A stretch of 61,953 nt of DNA, the filler included, from Globobulimina sp. (taxonomy: Eukaryota): assembly GCA_003354225.1 (NCBI GenBank). It is 30 parts of 30 records of this genome, joined end to end, with 100 filler letters (N's around TTAATTAATTAA, not from the genome) between each part and the next. Parts side by side here need not be neighbours in the genome. Positions count along the whole stretch, not along the records: positions 47,586 to 49,552 come from PIVH01010133.1; positions 49,653 to 51,619 come from PIVH01010134.1; positions 51,720 to 53,686 come from PIVH01010135.1; positions 53,787 to 55,753 come from PIVH01010136.1; positions 55,854 to 57,820 come from PIVH01010137.1; positions 57,921 to 59,887 come from PIVH01010138.1; positions 59,988 to 61,953 come from PIVH01010139.1; 23 more parts are not named here. One strand, 5' to 3'. The notes under the pieces were generated by a model. It had not been told where the DNA came from and made no database searches. It saw only the letters and a program-made list of their open reading frames with translations. Both the position numbers and the translations under genes were made by a program. Shown piece after piece: positions 47,586 to 60,484 of the stretch (position 1 is the stretch's first letter; each line of letters starts with the position of its first letter).

Positions 47586-49552
47586 AGGTCATAGACCTCC
47601 GTAAGAAACGGAATTATGAACTAAAATTTGTACATTTCCCTTTTTTTAACACGGAATTGTATAAATTAAATAAGAAATACACCACATAGATGATGGCAAA
47701 TGCCGTGGAGAATATTGGTGGAATGATTGAGACGTTCTCGGGTGCCATAAAAGCACAGGGAACGAATATGAATAAAATGACGAAGTCGGTGACGACTATG
47801 AATACCTATAAGCAGAAGAATATTGATATGTATCGGGCAAAACATATCGAATTATATCAATTAAGTACATCATTGGCACACTTGGCCGCCAGTATTGAGG
47901 CAGACAGAGTAAATCAGCAAAGATGCGCCATTGCTAACAAAGGCGTAAAATTGATTGAAGAGAGAGTACCATTTGATGAGAATTCGCCGGGGTTTAATGA
48001 ATTAGTTCTCCTATCTTTAGAGCATATGGCTACGACGTGTGAGGAAAGAGAGAAATTATTGAAAAACACACAGGAAATGATTAAGACATTGAAAGAAATC
48101 CCCGACGATGAGGAGGTACAAAAGATGATGAAATTGCTTAGAAAGCATGAATTTGAGTGCATTCATAGAAAGGGAATGCTTAAAATGCAAACATGGGTCG
48201 CAGAGCAAAAGTTCTTTGAGATGCTGGGAACGCAAAGAAAATTACAGAAAATGCTGCAGAGAACGATCAAGAAAAAGGAGAAGCAAAAGGGAGTGATTGA
48301 TGAGGAAAAAAGAGAGAGAGTATCACCATGGGAAGAGATGGAAACATTGGGATACACTGAGACTGACCACGCCAAAATTGATGAGTTGTTAGAAAAGCTG
48401 AGGCAGCAAAAGGTGGCACGCTTAGCAGTCGGAGGCCATCAGCATAGGAAAGGAAAGAGATGTTTCCACGACAAGAAGGTCGATGGATGTGTGGATAATC
48501 TGTATCGAGGGAATTGTAATAAAGGATGGCATATCAACGGAGTGACGGGAGAGCATATCGGGAAACCAAACCCTTTGCAGGGAACTAAAAGAAGAAGAAT
48601 GGATAGCAAGGCCAAGGGATATGGGCAAGGATACAATCAATGGAGTCAGCCACCTGCATATCAGCCACAATATGCACAACAACAATATCCACAGCAACCG
48701 CAGCAACCGTATGCAGCGCCACAGAGAAATAATAGGAATCAGTGAGAGGAGATGCTAAGTTTGAATATAATAATAAAAGTGCTTGCATATAAAGTAGCGC
48801 TTTTGCCATACGTCTTAAGCACAGTAACAGCACGTTTAGATTATGATATCTTTGATATCATTATCACAATAATTTGTTGTATACTTTCTTGCCATCATAG
48901 TTTGTTTTAATTTGTGTGTCTTGTGTTTATGTTGGGGGGATTTAACCGCCATATTTCTTTTTATACAAATTCTTATATTAAATATTCGTTTCTAAGTTTG
49001 AATCTTGCGTAAAATAAACAGGAAAAGAAATATAAAAGTCTGCACCCGGCAGTCCAAAATAACAAGAAAGTGCGAGGGTTTTTACAAGGCTGGAAAACCG
49101 CACAAGTGCCAAAGAAACCGCCAAAATGGAAGTTGCCGGGAGATAAATTCATGAAAGCATTGCATGAATTGCCAGATGGGAAAACGGGAAATATAGGTCA
49201 TCCGGATAAGGATTTAAAAGAAACGATGAGAGATTTATTAGAGAATGGAGCAAAAATCACATCTAATACGAATATTAAATTAGGTAGAAATGATACGGAG
49301 GAGTACCCATTAACTATGGACCAACATATACAACGTTGCGAAACTATAGAGAAACGGATTGGAGATCAAGCGATTTGGGGACCACATCATGAGAATCAGA
49401 TGCCAGAGGGATACAAGGATTACCATATAAATCCTGTATTCTTTAAAGATGAAACTCCGATCGGAGGTAAGAAGAAAGAGCGAATGATAATAGATTGCAC
49501 GAATGCGGCGGAGGATGGATTCGCGCCCAATGATAATATATTAGAATGGGAA
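47586..49552 (+). mobile_element. DIRS/Ngaro-like retrotransposon fragment: gag-like ORF1 (47690-48745) and start of RT ORF (open from 49013)
   Basis: ORF2 AIWGP...YHINPVFFK...KKERMIIDC...GFAPNDNI matches the DIRS-group RT N-terminus (GPF...SP...K..K.RLI.DLS...S.ND.I); ORF1 has coiled coil, Cys/His cluster and Q/P/Y tail. Confidence 0.72.
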
Positions 49553-49782
49553 NNNNNNNNNNNNNNNNNNNNNNNNNNNNNNNNNNNNNNNNNNNNTTAA
49601 TTAATTAANNNNNNNNNNNNNNNNNNNNNNNNNNNNNNNNNNNNNNNNNNNNTTTCTAAATATCATGTACAACAGAAACATAATTTATTTCATGTACAAA
49701 CATACCTGAGAATCATCGCTATTATGTGTTGAAAGAATTTTTGAATTCCATTCAATTCTCTTTAATCTAGCCTTATATTATC

Positions 49783-51619
49783 ATGCTTAGTTCCGGTACT
49801 ACCTTAAATGAGTACAAACAGAGTATTATCGAGGACTTAATGGGTGAATTAAATATTGTAACATCTCAAAATGAGCAAAATGATTTTGATACAAATATGT
49901 TTAACATCCAAGCAAATCGAGAAACGGACGAAAATAGTGCCGTATTAAATAATTTTCCACAGCAATCAGATATGAGCGCAAATACTGAAATTAGTGCAAG
50001 TATAGCACCGGTAAACAATGACGAGAAATCCGATGATAATCAGAGTAAAAACGCATTTAATTCGGATGTTTTTAAAAAAAATCAACAAGAAATGCAAATT
50101 AGTACATTTATAAACATTATAAAAAAGCAAACGAGTGCAAAAATCACCTACGATGAGGCTCGTCGTATGTTGACGTATTGCAATTGGAATGAAAAAATAG
50201 TAAATAAACTCGTTGGAAATGGCTGTGTTGGTCGACAGGAAATGGCGACCTGAAATTAACAGGAATTGATAATAATAATAAAAATGGGCCACCATCCACC
50301 AACAACTATAACTTATGATGGATGGCCCCAAGCAAACACACAGTCATTTAAGTAGTCATCGCAATGACTTCTCTCGCGATGATGGTATTGTTTTAGATGA
50401 GAAGTGTAGTTACGATAATTATCCTCGTTTGGATAATATCGCAACTTTTGATTGTACAAAATTTGAAGAAAAACAAGATTTTATTCTGAATAATCAATGT
50501 TTAAATGATATCAATCATAATACCGTTGATTCGACATTATTTACGAATGAATTTGATCCTATTATTTACGAATGTGAATATGAATTAAAAAATGAGTCAC
50601 TTTTAACGCGCAAAGAAGGTCTCTTGATTTGCCAATGGAGTGTCGATGGATTTACGGTCAATGCGCGATCGCATATTCATTACATTATTTTGACTAAAAA
50701 ACCAGATATTTTCTACGACGACGATGAGAGTGAATGGACAGTAAAAATTAAGAATTACACCACAATTATAACCAAAAAGAAAGGATTTGGAAAAGTGGTT
50801 ACTTTAATTCGGAATGGCATTCATTACGAACGTATAAATCTAAATTTTAAGCATAATGCACAGATTGATAAACAGATCGAAAATCTGGATATTAGCACCG
50901 AAGATGGCCGAGATAGAAAGAAGAAACTTTTGATGTCGAAAATTTATATTTTGACACTAAAAATATATAATAATGATATGGGACAAGCGTTCATTATAAA
51001 TAATTATTATAGGCCTCAGAATGGAGCACCGGGCTCTAATATTGAATTATTGTTAAACTACTTAGAATTGCTCAAAAAAACAAAGAATTACGGCACATTC
51101 ACTATATTTGTTGGGGGTGATATGAACGCCCACAATAATGCCTGGTTTGATGGGTATATCAGGCCCTCAAAGGCAAGCAAGCAGGGATTAGTTTTGGCGG
51201 ATTGGATTTATGAGAATAAGTGGAGTATATTGAACGATAAACACGCAACGAGGCAAAGAAAGACGCAGCGGACTTCGCCGGATGTATCTTTTATAAATGA
51301 TAAATTAAAAGAGGATGATTGGGAGTTCTGGGCAGAGGATTTTACGAGGGATGACCCGGAAAAATATTTCTCTGACCACTTAGCTCTGTTTTCCTTTTAT
51401 AAAAAGGGAGATTTGTATGAAAAACCGGCGCCAGAATTTATGATTAGAACTGGATCAGACAGAGATTGTGATCAATGGAAGAAGCAGCTATCTGAAAATG
51501 TGGAGGAATGGCATGACATTTATGGGAAAGATATAAATAAATTAATAGATTGCTATCTTGATACGTACGGGAATGGTAATTGTGATATTAACAGAGATTA
51601 TTTATTAGATTTTGTCGGA
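49783..51619 (+). mobile_element. LINE-like element 5' part: short upstream ORF (49783-50253) and ORF with APE endonuclease (50315 to contig end)
   Basis: ICQWSVDG, KPDIF, GKVVTLIR, NYYRPQ, GGDMNAH..AW, ILND..AT, SPDVS, SDHLAL. Confidence 0.82.
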
Positions 51620-52359
51620 NNNNNNNNNNNNNNNNNNNNNNNNNNNNNNNNNNNNNNNNNNNNTTAATTAATTAANNNNNNNNNNNNNNNNNNNNNNNNN
51701 NNNNNNNNNNNNNNNNNNNTGACAGCAAACACGTATAATTATCGGCAAAAACTACAAAACAAATCAAAACGTAAAAACGAGAAAAAAATAAATTATAAAC
51801 CCATTCAATCCGCACGCAAACATGTAACTAATATTGTGCTGGATGCAACCATTCAAAAACATTTAAAACCTAAAAAAACATATAAATGCCCAAAAACTGC
51901 CCGATTGACATATTCAAGATCAAGTAGGAAAAATATTAACTATTCAAGTCCGAAATCAGCACAAAAAACATCGAAACATAGTGTGAAAATTGTGTCTCTC
52001 TTAGATATTAAAAGTCCATCGTATATATTACGTGCGTCCAAAATATATAATCATAAAAAGATATTTCGCCAAAATAAAATATAAAATTTTAAAACTATTT
52101 TCTGAGTGCTTTTGTTGAAGCATTTTCTGACTGTCATTAATTGTAATATGATATCTTGCTTTTTGTGCAAGCTAGACTTAGCTAGTCTTACTGTATAACT
52201 TTTTAATATTTGTTATAAATGAGTATACAAAATAAGTTCATTGCTTCTATTTTTAGTTGATTTCTTTTTGTTATTTTCATTTTTCTTTTAGCAGTTTTTT
52301 GCAGTGAGCGACCATTCTCTTTTTGATTTAATAGTAAGTTGTGATTTAAATAACAAATA

Positions 52360-53686
52360 ATGAACAGTCTACGTGACATAACCCAACAATGCGGTCAACC
52401 GACAGCATTATCTCAATTATCAACCAACATAACAAGCACAAATGCATCAGTCTTAGCGGATGCATCTGTTTACAAACAAGCGCCACAAATAAACAACAGT
52501 AATATGGCAAATATGATCCAAGTGCAAAACGTGCCATCTGCAAATAACTTAATGCAACAATTTAACCAACAAAAACCCATACAACCAATGCCAATGCCCA
52601 TGGCCATGGCCCCAATGCCACAGCAACAACAACAACAAAAAGCAGAACAAGATATAAAAAAATTATATCAAAACCAAGTACAACAATTACATCCACATCA
52701 AATGCAAATGCAAATGCAAAGGCAACCACAGCCCCATTATATACCACAGCCAATGCCGCAAATAATGCAAATGCCACAAATGATGATGCCGCAACAAATG
52801 TATATGCCACCACAAATGTACAACAACGTCATGCAGCCAAATATAGCAAAAACAGTTAATATAAATATATGCATTACATTTTATCCTTGCACTCCTATAC
52901 AATTAACACACAAAAGGAAGAAAAAGAGGCTTTGGTGAACACCAACGGTACCTCCGATATGAAGGACGAGAAGCAAGTCCAAAACGAATTGGATGGATTG
53001 CGTCCAACCCACAAAGACATCAATCAAATCAAGCAACTTTTAGACGAAACCAAGAGCGACGATAAGATGCAAAACTCGCAATTCATGAATTTTCTACGTA
53101 ATCTAAAAAACAAACCGCCCGTCGCCGACACCGCAGTGGCGGATGAATCGCAAATATGGTCCAATCAGTTCCAAGGCTGGAACGATCCGAACGATGTCGA
53201 CAATATGAATTGGGACAGTTATATGCAAGCAATCGACCCCAACAAAAGCACTGACCCCATTTACGAATTTAGCAAAGAAAATAAATACGAGGCGGAGGAC
53301 ATAAATCACTTCGCCGAAGGTGTCCGTTTGATGAATTCGGGCAATTTGAATGAGGCGATTTTGGCGTTCGAAGCGTGTGTCGGCAAAGAAGAGAATCGCA
53401 GCGAAGCCTGGCGATATTTGGGTGTCTGCCACGCGGACAATGAGAATGAAAATGGAGCGATTGCGGCGTATTTGCGGTGTAATAAGTTGGATGCGTACGA
53501 CTTGGATGCATTGTTGCAATTAGGCGTGTCTTATACGAATGAGATTGACCCTTTTCGGGCATTGAATTACTTGAAACAATGGATGAATAATCATGCGGAT
53601 TACAACCAGATTGCGATGGAGGGCGGCGATGAGAAGTTGAGTGGTTATGGGGGCAGCAAACAGCAACATAAGAAAGTGGTGGCTAT
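52360..53686 (+). CDS. PEX5: Peroxisomal targeting signal 1 receptor (3'-partial); intron 52855-52916
   Basis: Conserved N-terminal Cys11 (MNSLRDITQQCG), WxxxF motif WSNQF, KMQNSQFMNFL, YEF..EN.Y, TPRs AILAFEA...EAWRYLG..HADNENE..AI, LGVSYTNE. Confidence 0.95.
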
Positions 53687-53786
53687 NNNNNNNNNNNNNN
53701 NNNNNNNNNNNNNNNNNNNNNNNNNNNNNNTTAATTAATTAANNNNNNNNNNNNNNNNNNNNNNNNNNNNNNNNNNNNNNNNNNNN

Positions 53787-55753
53787 ACCAAACAAAACCA
53801 ACCCACCGCACTGCCATCATCGTTCTAACTCGTCGCCAGCCCCAGACATTTCACCATTGAATAAATCATGCAGTGCATTGCTTGATTCCTCACCCATATA
53901 CAAACAACCACCGTCCCTACAGCCCTCACTGTCGATGAGTCCTCGCGACAAACGCAAACACCACGGCCACTCAGATAATCACCACCAGCACAACCACCAC
54001 ACCAATGGTAGAAAACGCAGTGCGTCTCATAAGAAACACACCCACCACAGCACCAATACTCCTGTTGCTGACCTGCCTAAAGACCATATCCTCGAAGCCT
54101 ATAAACGCAGATTAAAACGCAAAAAATTAAACCGTTCACGTTCTATGAACAGCAATGGCATCGCCACCTTATTAAATATCGAAAAACAGCGCATCACCAC
54201 AGATAAATGCAGTCGATTATTCTACGATTTTGAGTCCACCAAATCGACGATTGATAAATCAGAACGTGATCAACTTTTTCGTAGTAAATTAGCCAAATTG
54301 AACGAAAAAAAACAGAAAAACAAAGCCTTTGCATATGAACTAATCCGACAATATTTCACCTCCATTTTGGATAAAAAATATAGCAATCATCCCTTAGCTT
54401 TACTGATTACAAAATTTTGTAATTTATTCCACGGGAAATACTCTTTTTGCCCTCAAGATTTCAAAAATAAATCCATATATCAAATGTATGTATATATTGT
54501 GTCTCAGATACGTGCGAGGATATTTCTGTGTTTTTTGTTGTGTACCGATATACAAAGTGTCGACCAAAAACGCATGAAACGCAAAGGAAATAAGCGCAGC
54601 ACCACGGACATATTTGGTGACAGCGTCAATAATATGAAGAATCAGAGCAAAGTGGTACGGAAAACGAGTCGGCGGTTAGACAAAGCCACTGAAGACGTCA
54701 AGAATTTTGTCAATAAATTGCGTGCGTTGATGTTGACTTTGTATCCCGAGTTAAAAGCGTTGCGAACGTATAAATATGTGGTACAATCTGTATTTCATAA
54801 AGAATTATTTGGACAGTTGACGCCGACATTGGGTGATTTGTATTCCATCAGAACCGAAGATAAACAATCCTCGTTTGCCAAACACATGGGAATGTGGCAG
54901 AATTTATCATGTAAGGACTTTGGTGCCAGTGAGGCGTTTATCGAGTTTTGTTTGGTGCCTTCGTTGAGACCGTGTCTGTTGAGTGAGGTTGGCGAGCACA
55001 AGGAAACCGAAGGCGGTCTAACAACGGAGGAGGTTGTTACGCAAAGTGAGAGTAAGGATGGAGGACATGAGGTTAAGTGACATTTTTAATTTCTTAGTGG
55101 AAAACTTTTTTACAGTGAAAATGTCAACTTTTTAATTTTCAAAGGTCCACTTAAATGCAATAACAGTCGTGTCTACACATTCACCATTAAACCTGGCGGA
55201 TGTTGACGAAGAATGGGACGAGAAACAAACTGAACTGATCCGTAATGCAGAAGAAATTGATAATATATTAACGGAACAAAATTTGAAAGAATTTGATCAA
55301 AATTACGCAATTTCACAGTTACTGAATGATAATAATACATTGAATAACAATGCTAACTTCACCCGACCAGAATATGTGAATGAATATAACTGTGAATTGG
55401 ATGAAGATAATGAATCATTTATAGATATTGTAAGTAGTGGCGGTTCATCGCAAAGAGGGTCAAATAATACATATGATAATTCATTACCATATTCGTCGCA
55501 TAATACCTCTGAATTAAGCTATCCACCACAAACAAAAATAAATACACAAAACCGTACTATATTACCACAGCTAAATGATGAAATATCTGTGAATAAAACC
55601 AAACCAATCTCCAAAAGCAGAATAAGTTCAATTTTCAGTGCATTGTCTCGCAAAAAAAAGCGTAACAATGAACGTAGCAATTCGGCTGATTCGAAACCAA
55701 CCAAATCCGATTCAAGAAAAACACCACAACAGTTTTTAAAAACGAATTTTAAT
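53787..55753 (+). CDS. Probable alsin/VPS9D1-like Rab GEF, region preceding the VPS9 domain (partial, spliced)
   Basis: HPLALLITKF...Y, A.EDVKNFV.KL...LYPEL, LF.QL.P.L..LY resemble the pre-VPS9 helical region; VPS9 domain itself not seen. Confidence 0.5.
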
Positions 55754-55853
55754 NNNNNNNNNNNNNNNNNNNNNNNNNNNNNNNNNNNNNNNNNNNNTTA
55801 ATTAATTAANNNNNNNNNNNNNNNNNNNNNNNNNNNNNNNNNNNNNNNNNNNN

Positions 55854-57172
55854 ATTTTGCCATAAAACGAAATAATCGCATTGTTTAGATTTATATTATT
55901 ATTGTTATTATTGTTCAACAACAAATTAGATATAATTTCTTTTCCTTTTCTTATATTTTTTATATTTGTGCAAACTTTAATTGCCAACAAATGTGATATT
56001 TGTGACTGATATTTTTTGTAGTTGTTATTTTCATAAATTATTAATGCATTTTCATTTAAATTATTTAAAATATATCCACTCATCATACAGTTAATACTCT
56101 CACTGGTTTTATTTATAATTTTATTAAATAATTCATTTGCTGCATATACATCAAATATATTGAAATATGATTTAATTGCAATAATATATGTCACTGTGGA
56201 AGGTATTAGATTTAGACTTAGATTTTTATTGATTAATAACTCATTCATTAATTCAATGGATTCATTATATTTATTGTTCTCACAATAAACATTCATCATT
56301 GCATTAAATGAACAAATTGTTTTATTTTTATCTACAATCTCATTAAATATATTCAATGCCTTATCAATATGACCAGATTTGCCATAAAAATGTATCAATG
56401 AATTTTGTATAAACATATTATTTTTTAGATTGTTTAGATTTTTAATTTTTTTAATAATTTTTATGGCTCTGTCATAATCATTTAACTGAGAACAAGCTTT
56501 TATGATCAAAACGTTTGAAATAGGATTGTATGTAAGGTCTGATTGAGTGTGTTCAAAGAGATAAATAGCATCGTTGTACATTTTATTATTAATATAAGCT
56601 TTCATCATGCTATTAACTGTAATAATATCTTTCTTTGTATCTTCAATTTGATTTAATATATTTACTGCATTCTCAAGTTTCATAAAATGTCCATAAAAAT
56701 GGATTAAACAATTTAATATTTCAATACTTTCAATTCTTTCTTTCAATTCCTCCATTTCTTTAATTATTAACTCACCATTCTTACAGTCATTTATTTTGAT
56801 ACATGTTTGAATCACATAAATATATGAAATATCATTTAATGAAATCTTATTCTTATAATTATTATAAATAAATAAAACATTTAAGTAATTCTTTTCATTC
56901 AAATATATTTTCATTAATCCATTAATCCATTCATGATTTACTACATTTTCAATATTTTCCAGTACAGTCTCAATTTTATTACTTGGCGCGATATTAATCA
57001 ATGACCGCAATATAACATCTCTCATGGCATTGTTTGGTTTCTCAACGTTATGATAAATACCAAACAAATCTTGCGGTTGTATCATTGGCACATTATTTTT
57101 TTCTTGCCGTGATAGCAGACGTTGGATCGACTGTATTCCATTTTTATTGCCATATTTACACATTATTGACAT
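55854..57172 (-). CDS. Pentatricopeptide repeat protein, PLS-like (3'-partial)
   Basis: Alternating L-like (S...IKAC), S-like (N.LIHFYGK.G.I..A.NIFN.I) and P-like (NAMM..Y..N....AI.LF) motifs. Confidence 0.9.
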
Positions 57173-57347
57173 GTCTGGACATTAATTTCCAGAAATTACT
57201 TAATACTGTGTCATTGAGGGAGCATGTCATAGCTAATCAAGCTTGAAAAATTGTGTAAAGGCATGTCAGCTGTGCAGAACTGAAAAATATGGAAATTAAT
57301 GTTTCTTTTAACTAACAGTTGTTGGTATTTGTTAATTTATTTTGATA

Positions 57348-57820
57348 ATGGATAAAGTTGGTAAAGTCTGTAAACAGATTACCAATTTTGAAGCAGTTGA
57401 ATTAATGAGAAAATTATGCGTATCCAGTGACAAAAGACAAATTGCATTGAAAGCTTTATCTGTTTATCACAATATTAATGGTAAAAAAAATTATCATGCA
57501 ATCAATGGATTATTAAAAATATTTTCCTGTTATTCACCTGATAAAATACTTATTATTTCTGAGGACATTATAAATTCAAAAATTAATGGTATGTCTCATA
57601 AATTATTAATAAAATGTTGTATTAATGCAAAGAAACAAAAAAATAGGAATAATAATAACGAATATGTTAAAATATTGGATTATATACAAAGCAATGATAT
57701 TAATAATCTTTCAATTGAAACAAAAACAAACTTAATGAATGGATATGGCATATTTGGTGAAATAAATAAAGCATTGAATATATTTAATAACATTGCGCCG
57801 AAAGAAAAAGATAATGTTTG
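57348..57820 (+). CDS. Pentatricopeptide repeat protein (3'-partial), divergent from its neighbour
   Basis: INGLLKIF; TNLMNGYGIFGEINKALNIFNNI. Confidence 0.75.
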
Positions 57821-58674
57821 NNNNNNNNNNNNNNNNNNNNNNNNNNNNNNNNNNNNNNNNNNNNTTAATTAATTAANNNNNNNNNNNNNNNNNNNNNNNN
57901 NNNNNNNNNNNNNNNNNNNNATTTGCAGAAAATAAAAGTAATAATTTCTTGACTCTGAGTGTTTTATCCATTTTAATTCCCATCATATTGCTAACTATGA
58001 GTGGTCTTTATATGTTTTATATTTAATTAATGATTTCAAAAAAAAACAGCATCTAGCTTTATATTATCTGACCATAGTAATATATTATGCCAATAACCAC
58101 AACATATTTTACAAATTCTAATATTGTTTTGCATAAAATATTGTATTCTTGTTGGTAAATATCTATTATCATGACCAAACACCATAATTAATTATCATCG
58201 ATTGCTAAGGTATGAGAATTTTATATATACTCATTTGCAAAAAAGTCATGCTGACAGAAGAAAGTTTTTTTTTTCAAACCTATACACCTAGGTGGGATAA
58301 TAAGTTATGGCTTAGGCGGGATTTAAACCCACATCTATATGCATTATTTAACTCAAATACTTAATTTATTATCATATTTCTCAAGAAGAGAAATTGAAGC
58401 AGGGATGCTGTTAATTGTTGTTTAAAAGCAGTATTGTTAAATTTAAGTTGGTTGAGTTGAAATATCGAAATATTTCAAGGATACAGCATGAAGCTGCAGG
58501 CATATGCTCTATCCACATATTGAGCTACTAAGCCAAACACTTTTGTTCTTTTTCTACTCAAACATATAGAAAATAGTATAAATACATGCAAATTAATACA
58601 CATTTGGGTTCATGGAATATAAATATTTTTGTTTTGTAATTTTATATATATCACATGAGGATGACACAGTTTGT

Positions 58675-59285
58675 TTATAGGATGGCACAGAAACACGACC
58701 CATTAATGTTGCTTTCAAATATCGTCAGTTGTTCCAGAAAGTATGTATTAGGTTTCGCCCGTTTCCGTTTTTGTGTAAACAAATTCAATGCATCATTGCA
58801 AGTCATATTTTTATATTTTACCAAATATGCTGCGATCATTGTGGGGCTTCTTGATGCTCCGGCCTTTACATATTGTTTTTTTGTTCATATTGCAGTATGT
58901 AAATACATATCAGATACATATATAACAATACCCAACAATGAACCATTACATTATTCTTATTTGCTTCATTCTCATTCTGAATCATATATTTATTGATAAA
59001 GTCCGCTGCGTTATGCAAATGTGATTGGATGTTATTTTGTAATCTGGAATCTGAAAAATCAAACCGTAACCAATTCCCATTCGTTTTTGATATTGAATAT
59101 GCATTCAAATATTCCTCTAAATCTTCATGTAAATTCATTTGTGATTCCGTTAAAATGGATAATACAGCGTTAATATGAAAATATTCACAAGCTTCTGCCC
59201 TTTTTATTGCTGTGACTGATCCTAATAATAATCCGACAATTATCTCATTACCATCCCAATATTTCAAACCTGATGGTCTATTCAT
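58675..59285 (-). CDS. Dual-specificity protein phosphatase with C-terminal CaaX; intron 58931-58864; possible upstream exon to 59540
   Basis: Splicing gives VMVHCW|AGASRSPTMIAAYL; also GLLLGS, AADFI, R..AKPN.YF.EQL; ends SCFCAIL*. Confidence 0.9.
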
Positions 59286-59575
59286 ATATTCTTTGTTTAA
59301 TTAATTTTTATTCTGACATTAATTCCCATATTAACACTTGGACCTTGTTTGAAAATTAGTCCAATAGAATTGTGTAATTTTACCAAATTTCCAGCTATAC
59401 CATAACTCTGCGCTATCAACTTTATATTTGGTATATGATCTAATAATATCATTGGCTATTACTACGTACCTTTTTTTTTGGTTCACGCCTTCTAGATAGC
59501 TCTGTGAATGAAATTTACAAAATCGATCTGGGTCAATCATGGTTAATAAACTAACTTTTTTTTTCTAGTCAAATC

Positions 59576-59887
59576 ATGGCCACTTACAATCTCAGGCCAC
59601 GGAAGAGCAATAGTCTACCTTCTGCAGCACCCGTAGCACGAAGGAATCGTAATTATGAGAAGATAAAGATCGTTGGCAAGCTTTTAATGCATTGGCCAGC
59701 GCCTAAGAAGAAGAAGAAGACTTATCACAAAGCAAAGAACACCAACAGCAAAGAGAAGAAGAAAGAGACGACATACGACGAGCCAACACATATGAAAGCT
59801 ATCTATTGGGTGAAGCCTGTGAAGGTAGGCGGCGATTATTTCATTAATGTGGCATGGTATGGATTGCCGGGTCAATACCCGCTCTCT
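59576..59887 (+). CDS. Basic hypothetical protein (3'-partial)
   Basis: MATYNLRPRK, Lys tracts, YFINVAWYG. Confidence 0.45.
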
Positions 59888-60058
59888 NNNNNNNNNNNNN
59901 NNNNNNNNNNNNNNNNNNNNNNNNNNNNNNNTTAATTAATTAANNNNNNNNNNNNNNNNNNNNNNNNNNNNNNNNNNNNNNNNNNNNGGAATAAGGTAAG
60001 ATGTTTTGCTTTGTGTTGTTGATGTTTGTCTATATATTTATTTATGTTTTCGTGTCAG

Positions 60059-60410
60059 TGAGAATGAAAGTGGTGGTAATGGTGGAGGTGTAATTGATAT
60101 ACAATGTGCAGGTGATATAATTATGGGAAAGCAAAGCAAAATATGTGCGAATGGAGGGAATAGTGTTTTTGGTGGTGGTGGCTCTGGTGGAAGTATAAAG
60201 ATTTCATGTAAACACATTTCAGTGCATTTTGGAAAGCGGAGGGAATTTGTTGAAATAGCTGCAATGGGCGGTATGGATAAAGATGGGCATAAGGCAGGTC
60301 GGGGGAGAATACGGATATCAACAAAAGATCAGATGATATTGGATTACGTGGCAAAAATTAATCCTCACGCAATGATTGATACGGAATATGTGGCAAACTA
60401 CGTTGAATGA
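60059..60410 (+). CDS. Gly-rich repeat protein, last exon
   Basis: GGNGGGVIDI, GGGGSGGSIKI, G.GRIRI; preceded by a GTAAG...CAG intron. Confidence 0.65.
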
Positions 60411-60484
60411 GTGCTAAAAGTCTATGTTTGATGTACGATCTTTACAAAAACTTTTAGGTTCAAAAAAAAAACTAACGTTAACTA

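Noticed and set aside
43452-51619. Apparent cluster of RNase H, gag/RT and APE endonuclease as one retroelement system
   Set aside because: The pieces lie on separate contigs joined only by size order and belong to different element classes
58308-58332. T-arm-like hairpin on the minus strand (GTGGG-TTTAAAT-CCCGC-CTAAGCCA)
   Set aside because: C56 is missing and no matching acceptor 5' strand, D arm or anticodon arm was found; at most a tRNA relic
1971-59987. Regularly spaced TTAATTAATTAA motif every ~2.07 kb, superficially like an array or nanochromosome boundary
   Set aside because: Always embedded in exactly 44+44 Ns between size-sorted contigs, so it is an artificial linker; ORFs ending in X-runs or LIN are artefacts of it
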